Shown: positions 17,145 to 29,330, counted from the stretch's first letter. The stretch is DNA of 64,000 bases from an uncultured Candidatus Saccharibacteria bacterium (GCA_964457775.1 CAYWEW010000005.1:5398-69397), one strand, 5' to 3'. Translations and numbers: made by a program. Notes: generated from the sequence alone by a model not told the origin.

Positions 17145-19496
17145 ATGAAATTCTCTAAATCATGGCTACAGGATTATATTGTTGAAAAACTTCCAGAAGA
17201 TGGAGTTATTGCTGATACTTTAAATAAAAAAGCATTTGAGGTTGAAGAGGTTATTACACTTTCCAATGATACAGTTTTTGATATTAAAGTTCTTCCAAAT
17301 CGTGCGCATGATGCACTTGGTCACCATGGTATGGCTTATGAACTTTGCTCTTGTTTTGGTTTTACATTTAAAAAAGACCCTCGAAATAAAGTTTTAGAAT
17401 TTACTGACAAACATATCGCATCACCAGCCGTTGTAATTGATGATGAAAAGTCATGTACTCGTTTCTTAAGCATGAGAATTGATAATGTGACAGTGGGTGA
17501 TAGCCCAGAGTGGTTGAAGAATAGATTAGAAGCAATCGGACAACGCAGTATTAATAATATTGTTGACGCAACCAATTATGTACAATTCGCACTCAATAAA
17601 CCAATGCACGCATATGATGTAAGAAGTGTTAAAGGATCACTTCGTGCGCGCTTTGCTAAAACTGGAGAAGCACTCACAACTCTTGATGGTAAAGAATTAA
17701 CTTTGAACGAGAAGACTCTTGTAATTTCTGATGATGAAAAGGTGCTTGGTCTAGCAGGAATAAAAGGGGGTAAATTTAGTGGAATACAACCCGACACTAA
17801 AAGTATTCTTCTTGAAAGTGCTAATTTTGAACCTACACTTATTCGCAAGACATCACAAAGTTATAATATTCACACTGATGCATCAAAGCGTTTTGAAAAC
17901 GGTATAGCAAACTCACTTTCAATTGAAGGGTTGTATATGACCGCTAATTTGATAAAGGAAATTTGTAGTGATGCTAAAGCGAGTGAACCAACAGATATTT
18001 ATCCTGAAAAGGATACAGCTTACTATGTCGGTGTTTCTCTTCTTGAGATAAATGAAATTCTTGGTACTTCTTACTCGGACGACGAGATTAAAAATACTCT
18101 CAATGGCATGTCACTTCCTTTTGAAATAGTTGTTCCAGAAACATATATAGAAGAAACATACAAAACATTAGTAGGGTCAGTATACAAAAACCCTTCAAGT
18201 ATGAGACGTGATGCACCACAAGCCTTTAGTTGTTCTTCACTCATTAGTTATCTATATAAAGGTGTATGGATGCCGAGTCTTTCCGTTGATAAATATGTTT
18301 TTTCAAAAAAGATAACAAAAGATGATTTAAAATTCGGTGACCTTATTTTTACTAATAGTGGGGAAGGAAATATTAGATATGAATCAGTAGAATTTTTGCG
18401 AGGCACAAAAGTACCTGCTGGGGTAGACCATGTTGCTATGTATTGTGGCGATGGAAAAGTTATTCATGCAACGAAAGTTCACGGTGTTGTAGTTATTGAA
18501 ACTCTCGAGGACTTCTCAATTCGTCGTACTATAGTTGGGTATGGAAGAGTAGCTGACAATTTGGATGAGGAAAGATACGTAGTGCGTGTTCCGTCTGTGC
18601 GTTTAGATTTAAGAATCAAGGAAGATTTGGCGGAAGAAATTGGACGTATTATTGGATATGAGAAACTTGTACCAACTTTGCCAAAACTTAATCGTGTCGG
18701 TATTCCACATAAACGTATGTATTATGAAAATAAAATTCGAGAGATTTTAATTTCAAAAGGATTTTCGGAAGTAATAACATACACTTTTGGAAATGAGGGG
18801 GAGGTAGAGATTGTAAAAGGTTTAGCTTATGATAAAGAAAAGTTGCGCAATAATTTGGGTAAGGGTTTGCTACAATCACTTTCCCTTAATATTTACAACG
18901 GACCAGTGCTTGGTCAAAAAATTATTAAGATTTTTGAAATTGGAAACGTGTTCGGAAAAGATTTGGAGGTTAGACACTTATCGCTTGCAATCGATGATGG
19001 CGCCAAGAAGAGTAGTTTTACGGAAGAAATAGATATGATTCTTGCAGAAATAAAAAGAACATTAAATATTAAAGAAATAGAATATCAAACAGTATCTACA
19101 AAACCTTATGTGATTGAAATTGATTTTGATACACTTATTTCAAATCTACCAGAATCATCAATATATGAAGCGCCTACGTTCACGTCTCTCCCTTTGGTTA
19201 ATTACAAACCAGTCTCTGCTTATCCGTTTATTACCCGTGATATTGCTATGTGGGTACCTGATACTGTCACATGGGAAGATATCAATTCTGTTTGTGCTGA
19301 AGTATCTAATCCTCTTGTTACTCGTATTGATATTTTTGATACGTTTTCAAAAGAAATAGAAGGTGTAAAAAAGACATCATACGCCTTTCGTTTAGTATTT
19401 CAAAGTTATGAAAAAACATTAACTGATGATGAAGTGAATATAATGATGGGGGATTATTATCAGGTTTTGAAAGATAGAGGGTACGAAATTAGATAA
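17145..19496 (+). CDS. pheT: Phenylalanine--tRNA ligase beta subunit with an inserted NlpC/P60-like module in the B5 domain
   Basis: B1 and B3/4 (VLPNRAHDALGHHGMAYEL), B5 (LLEINEILGTSYSDDEIKNTLNGMSLPFE ... RYVVRVPSVRLDLRIKEDLAEEIGRIIGYE), core and C-terminal FDX-like domain. A roughly 150-aa insertion at about nt 18147-18600 carries C-S-S-L and DHVAMYCGDGKVIHA motifs. Confidence 0.9.
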   Translation: MKFSKSWLQDYIVEKLPEDGVIADTLNKKAFEVEEVITLSNDTVFDIKVLPNRAHDALGHHGMAYELCSCFGFTFKKDPRNKVLEFTDKHIASPAVVIDDEKSCTRFLSMRIDNVTVGDSPEWLKNRLEAIGQRSINNIVDATNYVQFALNKPMHAYDVRSVKGSLRARFAKTGEALTTLDGKELTLNEKTLVISDDEKVLGLAGIKGGKFSGIQPDTKSILLESANFEPTLIRKTSQSYNIHTDASKRFENGIANSLSIEGLYMTANLIKEICSDAKASEPTDIYPEKDTAYYVGVSLLEINEILGTSYSDDEIKNTLNGMSLPFEIVVPETYIEETYKTLVGSVYKNPSSMRRDAPQAFSCSSLISYLYKGVWMPSLSVDKYVFSKKITKDDLKFGDLIFTNSGEGNIRYESVEFLRGTKVPAGVDHVAMYCGDGKVIHATKVHGVVVIETLEDFSIRRTIVGYGRVADNLDEERYVVRVPSVRLDLRIKEDLAEEIGRIIGYEKLVPTLPKLNRVGIPHKRMYYENKIREILISKGFSEVITYTFGNEGEVEIVKGLAYDKEKLRNNLGKGLLQSLSLNIYNGPVLGQKIIKIFEIGNVFGKDLEVRHLSLAIDDGAKKSSFTEEIDMILAEIKRTLNIKEIEYQTVSTKPYVIEIDFDTLISNLPESSIYEAPTFTSLPLVNYKPVSAYPFITRDIAMWVPDTVTWEDINSVCAEVSNPLVTRIDIFDTFSKEIEGVKKTSYAFRLVFQSYEKTLTDDEVNIMMGDYYQVLKDRGYEIR

Positions 19497-19497
19497 T

Positions 19498-20016
19498 ATG
19501 AAATTAGAAGTCCCTTATTACTCACAATTTATTGATATACAAGATTCTTTTTGGATGATAAGAGCATGTGGGGGTTTGTGTTTGAAGATGGTTGCAGAAT
19601 ACCACTTGCCCGTCGGTACCCCGAATAGGGAGGGTGTAATAGTTCCAGATATTTTGTCATTATGCAATGAAGCAAAAGATCGAGGTGGTTACGATATTCA
19701 AAATGGCTGGGTGCATGATTATATAGTAAGCAAAGCACAAGAGTTTGGACTAAAAGCACATAGAAAAGAAGGACTAAAAGACATAAATGAGATAACTACA
19801 TTTCTTGATGCTGGAAGCCCAGTGATAGTTTCGGTAGAAAAAAGAGTTCTTGAACAGACTCGTTTTCATATGATTGTGGTTGTTGGGTATGATAATGAAA
19901 ATATTATTTATCATGAAAGTGAATCAACAGATAAAGAAAAGGGTCAATATAGAAAATGTAGTAAAGAAATATTCATGAATTATTGGCGAGGTAAGGCAAT
20001 TTTTATTTCAAAATAA
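19498..20016 (+). CDS. Papain-fold cysteine peptidase-like protein (C39-like/BtrH-like)
   Basis: VPYYSQ ... RACGGLCLKM ... HMIVVVGYD (Gln/Cys/His order as in C39-like domains). Start overlaps the pheT stop. Confidence 0.45.
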   Translation: MKLEVPYYSQFIDIQDSFWMIRACGGLCLKMVAEYHLPVGTPNREGVIVPDILSLCNEAKDRGGYDIQNGWVHDYIVSKAQEFGLKAHRKEGLKDINEITTFLDAGSPVIVSVEKRVLEQTRFHMIVVVGYDNENIIYHESESTDKEKGQYRKCSKEIFMNYWRGKAIFISK

Positions 20017-20018
20017 TT

Positions 20019-20993
20019 ATGAAAAAAATAGTCACAATTGGGGGCGGAACAGGAAGTTATACATTACTAAGAGGTCTTAAACATTTTGATGATATAGAAA
20101 TATCTGCAATTGTTTCTATGGCTGATGATGGAGGGTCAACTGGAATGCTTCGTGACGAGCTCGGAGTTCTTCCACCAGGTGATGTTAGACAATGTTTAGT
20201 GGCGCTATCTCTTCATGATGAAGTAGTTCGTAAGCTGATGAAGTATCGTTTTGAGGAAGGGTCACTCAAAGGGCACAACTTCGGTAATATTTTGCTTGCA
20301 GGACTTGAGAAAACGGCTGGTTCTTTTGTGAAAGGCGTAGAAATTGCATCTGATATTTTAAAAATAAGAGGTAAAGTAATTCCCGTAACAGAAGATGTAG
20401 CGAATCTTCTTGTTGTTTTGAAAGATGGAACTGAATTACTTGGTCAAAATAATATTAATCATTCAGATATTCAATCTGTAGGGGTGAAGGAAGTTCTGTT
20501 TCAAGGGGCAGTAGAAATAAATGAATTAGCTAAAAAGGCGATTATAGAAGCAGATCTTATAGTTCTTGGCCCTGGTAATTTTTATTGTTCACTAATGCCT
20601 AATTTTATAGTTGATGGTTTTAAGGAGGCAATTAATGAATCAAAAGCAAAAATCGTGTTGCCTGTTAATCTTACAAATAAAAAGGGACACACATTATTTT
20701 TTAATGTCAGCGACTATGTTAGAGAAATCGAAAGCATGTTAGATAAGAAGATTGATTATATTATTTGTAATAATGAAACACCATCAGATGAACAAATTGA
20801 AATGTATAAAGTAGAAGAAGGGGATGGTGTAATGGTGTTAAATGATATGAAGGAAGACAAGAGAATTATTTCTACACCCGTATTGTCGCATGAAATTATA
20901 GTAAAATCAGAGCATGATAATGTAGCAAGTACCCGTAGTTTTATCCGTCATGATAGTAAGAAAATAGCCGAAGCAGTACATAATTTGTTATGA
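20019..20993 (+). CDS. YvcK/CofD-like gluconeogenesis-factor family protein (UPF0052)
   Basis: IVTIGGGTGSYTLLRGL...SMADDGGSTGMLRDELGVLPPGDVRQCLVAL. Confidence 0.85.
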   Translation: MKKIVTIGGGTGSYTLLRGLKHFDDIEISAIVSMADDGGSTGMLRDELGVLPPGDVRQCLVALSLHDEVVRKLMKYRFEEGSLKGHNFGNILLAGLEKTAGSFVKGVEIASDILKIRGKVIPVTEDVANLLVVLKDGTELLGQNNINHSDIQSVGVKEVLFQGAVEINELAKKAIIEADLIVLGPGNFYCSLMPNFIVDGFKEAINESKAKIVLPVNLTNKKGHTLFFNVSDYVREIESMLDKKIDYIICNNETPSDEQIEMYKVEEGDGVMVLNDMKEDKRIISTPVLSHEIIVKSEHDNVASTRSFIRHDSKKIAEAVHNLL

Positions 20994-21574
20994 AAATAAT
21001 TTTTGATTTTGATGATGTAATTTTTGATTCAAATGCATTTAAGCAAAGAATATTTTCCGGCCTCGTTTCATCCGGCATTCCAAGCGATGTGATTAAAGAT
21101 TTATATATTGGCCATAGAACAAATTTTAGTCCTATTATTTTATATAAAGACGCAGTAGAAAAAACCGAACTAAAAATATCAGAAAAATCAATCAAGAAAT
21201 CTGTTGAGGATTTAGTACAAAATGTTGACTCATATATTGATCAAAGAATAATTTCTTTAATACAGTCCCTAGGTAAAGAGAATTGTTTTATTGTTACTGC
21301 TGGAGATAAGGATTTTCAAAAATTAAAAGTAAAGGCATCTTTAGGTAATAATATTATTGAAGAACATTGTTTTTTTGTTGAGAAAAAGAAAAGTGAAGCC
21401 CTTAAAAGTATCTGTGAAATGTATCCAACTGAGTCGATTATCTTTGTTGATGATAAAGACAGATATATAGAGGAAGCTAAATCCTTAAATACCAAAAATT
21501 TATTCCCAATTCTTTACCGTCACGATGGATTTGATGTATTGTCTTCAAAAATAAAAGAATTATCTCATTTGTGA
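20990..21574 (+). CDS. HAD-superfamily hydrolase-like protein
   Basis: N-terminal DxD motif (IIFDFDDVIFDS) and C-terminal FVDDK. ATGA overlap with the upstream gene. Confidence 0.45.
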   Translation: MKIIFDFDDVIFDSNAFKQRIFSGLVSSGIPSDVIKDLYIGHRTNFSPIILYKDAVEKTELKISEKSIKKSVEDLVQNVDSYIDQRIISLIQSLGKENCFIVTAGDKDFQKLKVKASLGNNIIEEHCFFVEKKKSEALKSICEMYPTESIIFVDDKDRYIEEAKSLNTKNLFPILYRHDGFDVLSSKIKELSHL

Positions 21575-21705
21575 TATCATAAGACTTATATACTTGGATG
21601 AGATTCGAGGAAAGATAAGGATTTTTAAGGAAATGTACAATTAGTACATTGACGATAAAATCATTTTCTTGACGAAGAAGGTCTCCAAGTTTTAAGTCTT
21701 ATAAT

Positions 21706-22968
21706 ATGAAATTAAAGGATTATAAAAATGTGCACTGCATAGGCATCGGAGGAATTGGACTTTCTGCTCTCGCAAGATATTGTCATGTTAATGGTGCAAA
21801 AGTTACTGGTTCAGATGGAGGAACATCTAGAATTACAGAGGATTTGAAAAAAGAGGGTATGACTGTGTATTTCGGACACAATAGCGCTCATGTTTCAAAA
21901 GATACAGATTTGGTTGTTTATACAATAGCAGTGAACGACAACAATCCTGAGCTTAAAGTTGCACGTGAGCGAGGTGTCACATGTATGACCTATCCAGAAG
22001 CTCTTGGATTACTTACAAAAGAGTATGTGACAATTGCCGTATGTGGAACTCATGGCAAAACTACAACAACTGGAATGGTAACTTCAATGCTTAAAGGTTG
22101 TGGTGTTAACCCAACAGTTATAGTTGGAAGTTTATTATCGGAAGGTGGAACTAACTTTATACAAGGTGACAGTGAATATTTAGTTGTTGAAGCATGTGAG
22201 TATAAGCGCTCATTTCTTAATCTTAACCCAAAACATATTCTGGTAACGAATATTGATGAGGACCACCTCGACTACTACAAAGACTTAGCCGATATTCAAA
22301 CTGCTTTCCAATCATTTGCAGACAAACTTAATAGTAATGGCAATCTTATAACACATAATAATGTATCACTTAATACATCTGCTACAAAAATTGATGCAGA
22401 TATTATTAATGAACAAGAAATAGAATTAAATGTTTTAGGTGAACATAATAAAAAGAATGCACAATTAGTTATCGCACTTGCACAGTCACTTAAATTAAAT
22501 GATGAACAAGCAAGAGCTGGTTTAAAAACTTTCACCGGTACATGGCGAAGACTAGAATATAAAGGAACACAAAAGGGGGCAATTATGTATGATGATTATG
22601 GGCATCATCCAAAAGAAATAATGGCGACATTGGAAGCTATTCGTGAAAAATACAAATCTGGAAAGTTTAAATTAGTTGTCGTATTTCAACCGCATCTTTA
22701 TTCTAGAACAAAATTATTACTGGATGATTTCTCACAAGCATTCAACTTAGCTGATAAAATTTGCATACTCCCAATTTATGCATCCAGAGAAAAAGATGAT
22801 GGAAGTATTTCATCTGAGGATTTGGTAGAAAAGACAAATAATTCAATCTATATGGAAAGCTTTGAAGAAGTGAAAAAATATATTGATAAAAATTGTCATA
22901 GTGGAAGTGTAGTATTAACAATCGGCGCAGGGGATGTATATCGTATTCATGAACTTTTTGAAGTGTAA
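21706..22968 (+). CDS. murC: UDP-N-acetylmuramate--L-alanine ligase
   Basis: VHCIGIGGIGLSALA; Mur ligase P-loop VCGTHGKTTTT. Confidence 0.85.
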   Translation: MKLKDYKNVHCIGIGGIGLSALARYCHVNGAKVTGSDGGTSRITEDLKKEGMTVYFGHNSAHVSKDTDLVVYTIAVNDNNPELKVARERGVTCMTYPEALGLLTKEYVTIAVCGTHGKTTTTGMVTSMLKGCGVNPTVIVGSLLSEGGTNFIQGDSEYLVVEACEYKRSFLNLNPKHILVTNIDEDHLDYYKDLADIQTAFQSFADKLNSNGNLITHNNVSLNTSATKIDADIINEQEIELNVLGEHNKKNAQLVIALAQSLKLNDEQARAGLKTFTGTWRRLEYKGTQKGAIMYDDYGHHPKEIMATLEAIREKYKSGKFKLVVVFQPHLYSRTKLLLDDFSQAFNLADKICILPIYASREKDDGSISSEDLVEKTNNSIYMESFEEVKKYIDKNCHSGSVVLTIGAGDVYRIHELFEV

Positions 22969-23001
22969 AAGTTTTAATTATTACAATGTTATACTAAATA
23001 T

Positions 23002-23499
23002 ATGCAAAATTTCAGAGAAAAATATGCTTATAAGATAAGTCTTAATTTAATTATATTTCCAGGCATAGTCTTAATTGTTGCTTGGGGTTTGTTTTTTTTA
23101 AAATCAATAGAAATATTTAAAAACATTCCTTTTGTTGATTTTTATTTTGATATTATTTTTTTTATAAGTCTTTTTTTATGTGTATTATCACTCTTCTCTT
23201 CTTTAATACTAAGATTTTTATCTCAAGATGTTCAAAAACATTGGTGGGATATAATCTCTCTATTATTAGGCTACTCACTTATTATTATAGTAAAAATAAC
23301 AGGATTGTTTTGTGTCGATAAATTTCAAGGAGATATGGGGGTTCGCGTTTGTCCAGGTGCAATAGAAACTATTCATAGATTTTATTATTCTGTTAGTGTA
23401 TTAAATAATGTACTAAAAATATTACCAGTATTTGGTTTTATTGTGTGTATTGCTTTAGCAGTAAAGTATTTAACTGAATTTAAAAGAAGAAATATTTAG
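23002..23499 (+). CDS. Hypothetical multi-pass membrane protein
   Basis: Four predicted hydrophobic helices. Confidence 0.4.
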   Translation: MQNFREKYAYKISLNLIIFPGIVLIVAWGLFFLKSIEIFKNIPFVDFYFDIIFFISLFLCVLSLFSSLILRFLSQDVQKHWWDIISLLLGYSLIIIVKITGLFCVDKFQGDMGVRVCPGAIETIHRFYYSVSVLNNVLKILPVFGFIVCIALAVKYLTEFKRRNI

Positions 23500-23510
23500 T
23501 TGTCGACTTT

Positions 23511-24851
23511 ATGATAAAAGAACTCTATTCACCATATTTCGAGAATAAAAAAGTAACTGTGCTTGGACTTGGTTTGCTTGGTCGTGGGTTAGGTGATACT
23601 GAATTTTTACTCAATAACTGTGGAGAAGTTATCTGTACGGATACACGCTCTGTAGAAAAATTGAAGGGCTCTATATCTTTTATAACAAAACAAGAACATA
23701 ATAATTTAAAATTAATAATAGGTGAAAATCGTTTTGAAGATTTTGAAAATAGAGATTTTATTTTAACTTGTACAGGTTTACCAATCGATTATGTATATTT
23801 AATGCACGCTAAGGAAAATAGTATCCCTGTATATATGTCAGCTTCACTTGTATGTGACATTATCATGAAAGAATTACCAGACGTAGTGATTATTGGTGTT
23901 ACAGGTACACGTGGTAAAAGTACAACGACAGAACTAATTGCTCATGTACTACGTGAGAATGGCTCGAAAGTGCATCTTGGTGGAAATGTTCGAGGTCTTG
24001 CCAATCTTCCACTGTTAGATGAAATTGAAGATGGGGATTTCTTAGTGCTTGAACTAGACAGTTGGCAACTTCAAGGATTTGGAGATATGAGAATCAGTCC
24101 ACATATTGCAGTTTTTACATCATTTATGGATGATCATATGAATTATTATAAAAATGATAAAGAATTTTATTTTAATGACAAAGCAAATATATATCGTAAC
24201 CAACATGCAGGAGATGTGTTAGTTGCGAGTGCGCAAGCAAGTAGTGAGATAATTATGCGAGGGGAGAGGGTTGCAATTCTTGTGCCTGAGCAACAACATT
24301 TTGATATGAAATTAATTGGTGAGCACAATCAAGTCGCAGGTGGTCTTGCTTATGAAGTTGCGTCACAGTGTGGATTAGACGATGAAAGTATACGAAAATC
24401 AATCGCGACATTTTCTGCAGTAGATGGACGACTTCAAGATATGGGGTTGTTTAAAAATGATGTTCGTGTATTCAATGATAATAATGGTACAACAGAGGAC
24501 GCAACTATTGCTTCAATTAATGCAATCAATGAAACATATAATAAGAAACCAATAGTAATTGTTGGTGGATCTGATAAAGGTCTTCCCGTTAATGAATTAG
24601 AAAAATCTCTCCAAGAAAAAACAAAATCAGTTGTATATCTTTCAGGAACAGGAACTGAGAGATTGAATCTTAACAAAGAACATGAATTCGAAAAATTATC
24701 GGATTGTATTACGAAAGCATTTGAACTGGGAGATGAAGGGGATATTATTCTTTTCTCTCCAGCCTTTGCATCATTTTCAAAGTATTTTAACAACGAATAC
24801 GAACGTAACGATGAATTTGTGAAAGAGGTGGGGAAATATAGTCAAAAATAG
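23511..24851 (+). CDS. murD: UDP-N-acetylmuramoylalanine--D-glutamate ligase
   Basis: KKVTVLGLGLLG; P-loop GVTGTRGKSTTT. Confidence 0.8.
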   Translation: MIKELYSPYFENKKVTVLGLGLLGRGLGDTEFLLNNCGEVICTDTRSVEKLKGSISFITKQEHNNLKLIIGENRFEDFENRDFILTCTGLPIDYVYLMHAKENSIPVYMSASLVCDIIMKELPDVVIIGVTGTRGKSTTTELIAHVLRENGSKVHLGGNVRGLANLPLLDEIEDGDFLVLELDSWQLQGFGDMRISPHIAVFTSFMDDHMNYYKNDKEFYFNDKANIYRNQHAGDVLVASAQASSEIIMRGERVAILVPEQQHFDMKLIGEHNQVAGGLAYEVASQCGLDDESIRKSIATFSAVDGRLQDMGLFKNDVRVFNDNNGTTEDATIASINAINETYNKKPIVIVGGSDKGLPVNELEKSLQEKTKSVVYLSGTGTERLNLNKEHEFEKLSDCITKAFELGDEGDIILFSPAFASFSKYFNNEYERNDEFVKEVGKYSQK

Positions 24852-24933
24852 CCCAAAATAAGGCCTAAAACAGACCCTTTTCCACTTTCTTTTTTACTCA
24901 AAAAATGCTATAATTAAAGGATTAATTCCTTAG

Positions 24934-27030
<2,097 letters not shown>

Positions 27031-27190
27031 AGTCAAAAATTTTCTTCATTTACTTTGTCGCTACGATATTTTTTTCTGTCGCCGTAGGTCTACTACGTCT
27101 TCTTTAAAAAATATCTAAGCTTCTCGTAACTGAAGTAATTTTTGACTTTAGTCCTTCGTTCGAGTTTAGTGATAAATTTTTTTACTATTT
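27031..27190 (+). repeat. Intergenic repeat (family C, copy 1)
   Basis: Shares ctttgtcg / gtcgccgta / tacgtcttct / aatttttgacttt blocks with 45113..45250. Confidence 0.45.
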
Positions 27191-27218
27191 ATAACAATAA
27201 GTATGCTATATTTATTAT

Positions 27219-27458
27219 ATGAGACACCTAAAAAGAACTTTTTATATCATCATTGCTATTTTTCTTGTCCTTTTAGGAATTACTGGAATAATACTCCCTT
27301 TTTTGCACGGCACGATGTTTCTTATGATTGGGCTTATTTTACTATCCTTCGAAATTCCATACATTGAGTATCATTTGGAGAGGTTAGTTCAAAAAAATAA
27401 TCGTATTAATATTCTTCACAAAAAATTACATAAGTGGACGAGAGAAATATTTAAATAG
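27219..27458 (+). CDS. Small membrane protein, DUF454/YbaN-like
   Basis: LLGITGIILPFLHGTMFLMIGLILLS resembles the PGPGW/YbaN motif. Confidence 0.45.
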   Translation: MRHLKRTFYIIIAIFLVLLGITGIILPFLHGTMFLMIGLILLSFEIPYIEYHLERLVQKNNRINILHKKLHKWTREIFK

Positions 27459-27521
27459 TTAATATTATAAACTTACTGTCCACTAGTAACTAATAACTAG
27501 TAACTATATACTGTATTTATA

Positions 27522-28259
27522 ATGAAAAAGGATATATTCACACAAGGGCTTCTTATTGCAATTCTTATTATATTTTCCTATTTTTATTTTAAGATGCCAC
27601 AAGTGCTTCCTGAAATAGACAGGCTTTATATTACTATCACAACATTTTTCTTTTCTATATTTACTGGTTTTTTTGTTTCTCAACAAATGACAAGATATGC
27701 GAAATTACGTGAGGCTATAAGTGAATTTGATGGAAGAATGTCTAGTATATATAGGTCGTCAGAAAATTACAGTAAAGAAATTCAAGGGCACGTTGGAAAG
27801 ATTATCCTTGATCATTATAAGAAAATGATTCAATCAAATGAATGGGACTATCATTTGAAAAACAAGTCAAAAACATTATCTAATCTCCATGCACTACTTG
27901 AAGAAAAAGTGGGGGATACAAGTGTTGAAACATTACGTGGTCATGCTATTGGGGTTATTGTTGAGAATTTATCAAAATGTGAAGTATATAGAAAGAAAAA
28001 GATTATGCTTTGTCAGGAACGTATCCCAGCTTTCCAGTGGTTTATCATTTCTTTCTTTATTTCTATTCTTATACTAGCTGTAAGTGCTATTCCATCAGAA
28101 GGACTTATTCTTCAGAGTGTGCTAAAGGCAGCTTTTGGGGTGTCTATTTTATCTATTGCGAGTATTTTGCATCATTTAGATAACCTACATCTTTTTGAGC
28201 ACTTCATTGGTGAACATTCTGCGCAAGATGTAGTTGATTTGATTAAAGGGAAGAAGTAA
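27522..28259 (+). CDS. Hypothetical membrane protein
   Basis: N- and C-terminal hydrophobic helices. Confidence 0.45.
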   Translation: MKKDIFTQGLLIAILIIFSYFYFKMPQVLPEIDRLYITITTFFFSIFTGFFVSQQMTRYAKLREAISEFDGRMSSIYRSSENYSKEIQGHVGKIILDHYKKMIQSNEWDYHLKNKSKTLSNLHALLEEKVGDTSVETLRGHAIGVIVENLSKCEVYRKKKIMLCQERIPAFQWFIISFFISILILAVSAIPSEGLILQSVLKAAFGVSILSIASILHHLDNLHLFEHFIGEHSAQDVVDLIKGKK

Positions 28260-28310
28260 GGGTAGCTTTTAGTTAAATATAAATACACGTGTTAGTATTG
28301 AATTTATTAT

Positions 28311-28823
28311 ATGAAATGGGTAATTTTTACAGGGACATGGCGCCTTACGAATAAAGAAGTGGAGGAAGATGTGCGAAGTGCTGTTCGTGATTGTGTTTCA
28401 AATGGTTATGGAATAGTGACAGGAGGGGCGACAGGAGTTGATTATTTTTGTATGGATGAATGTGTGAAAAATAATTATACACACAAATTACGAGTATTTA
28501 TTCCATCTGATATTGATCATTACATAAATGATTATCATAAAAATTGGTGTCAGGAGCCAATTACAGAAAAAGATATTTCTGACGTTGAAAATATTTTACG
28601 AAAAATACAACGAATAAACCCTGTTTCTTTATTGGAAATTAAACATGGGGGAGGTGATATTACACAAGATCATTACAACGAAAGACATAATCAAGAAATT
28701 ATTTTTTCAGCTGATGAAGTACACGCTTTTCAAGTAAACAATAGTACTGGTACACAAGACACTATTGATAAAGCAAAAGCCTCAGGTCTTAATATTACTT
28801 TACATAAAAAATATACAATTTAA
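28311..28823 (+). CDS. Rossmann-fold protein, DprA/LOG/SLOG-superfamily-like
   Basis: GIVTGGATGVDYFCMDE resembles the DprA/SLOG SGGARGID motif. Weak. Confidence 0.35.
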   Translation: MKWVIFTGTWRLTNKEVEEDVRSAVRDCVSNGYGIVTGGATGVDYFCMDECVKNNYTHKLRVFIPSDIDHYINDYHKNWCQEPITEKDISDVENILRKIQRINPVSLLEIKHGGGDITQDHYNERHNQEIIFSADEVHAFQVNNSTGTQDTIDKAKASGLNITLHKKYTI

Positions 28824-28895
28824 TATACAGAATGTTGTTTTTTAACACCATATTTGTTAGTGTATTATAATTGTTGTACTTTTTAGGGGAAGAAA

Positions 28896-29321
28896 ATGAA
28901 TTCTAATGTAACCAAGTATGAAGTGATGATTTCCGACGCTACAAGATCTCAAATCGATGTTGAAAGAAAAGAAAAAGCATTGGAAAAATCAAAAGCTCTT
29001 TTGGACAAAAGATCTGTTGTGTTATTACAAGATTGCAAAAAATGTTTTGATGAGGCTGTTACAAAATATAACGCAACAGAAAATCCATATAAAATATTTG
29101 ATGCAAAAATTGGGATTAATTTGGGAGAACACGTAGTGTTCGCTGGAGTTAGACTTGATTGTTCTGGTAGTAACTGTGAACCAGATGAATTTTTTGACGC
29201 CGATGACCACGAAAAAATATTGTCAGTTTTGAAGCCATTAGTTGACGAAGAGCTAAAAAAACAAGGGATACCATTCACTTTTGATTCCTTTCATGTTCCG
29301 AATTGTTACAATCCAAAATGA
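28896..29321 (+). CDS. Hypothetical protein
   Basis: RBS AGGGGAAG upstream; bidirectional terminator follows. Confidence 0.4.
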   Translation: MNSNVTKYEVMISDATRSQIDVERKEKALEKSKALLDKRSVVLLQDCKKCFDEAVTKYNATENPYKIFDAKIGINLGEHVVFAGVRLDCSGSNCEPDEFFDADDHEKILSVLKPLVDEELKKQGIPFTFDSFHVPNCYNPK

Positions 29322-29330
29322 ATCAAAAAT

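Noticed and set aside
18147-18600. Intein in PheT
   Set aside because: The insert lacks an N-terminal Cys/Ser at the junction and the C-terminal His-Asn, and there is no endonuclease block. Motifs fit NlpC/P60 better.
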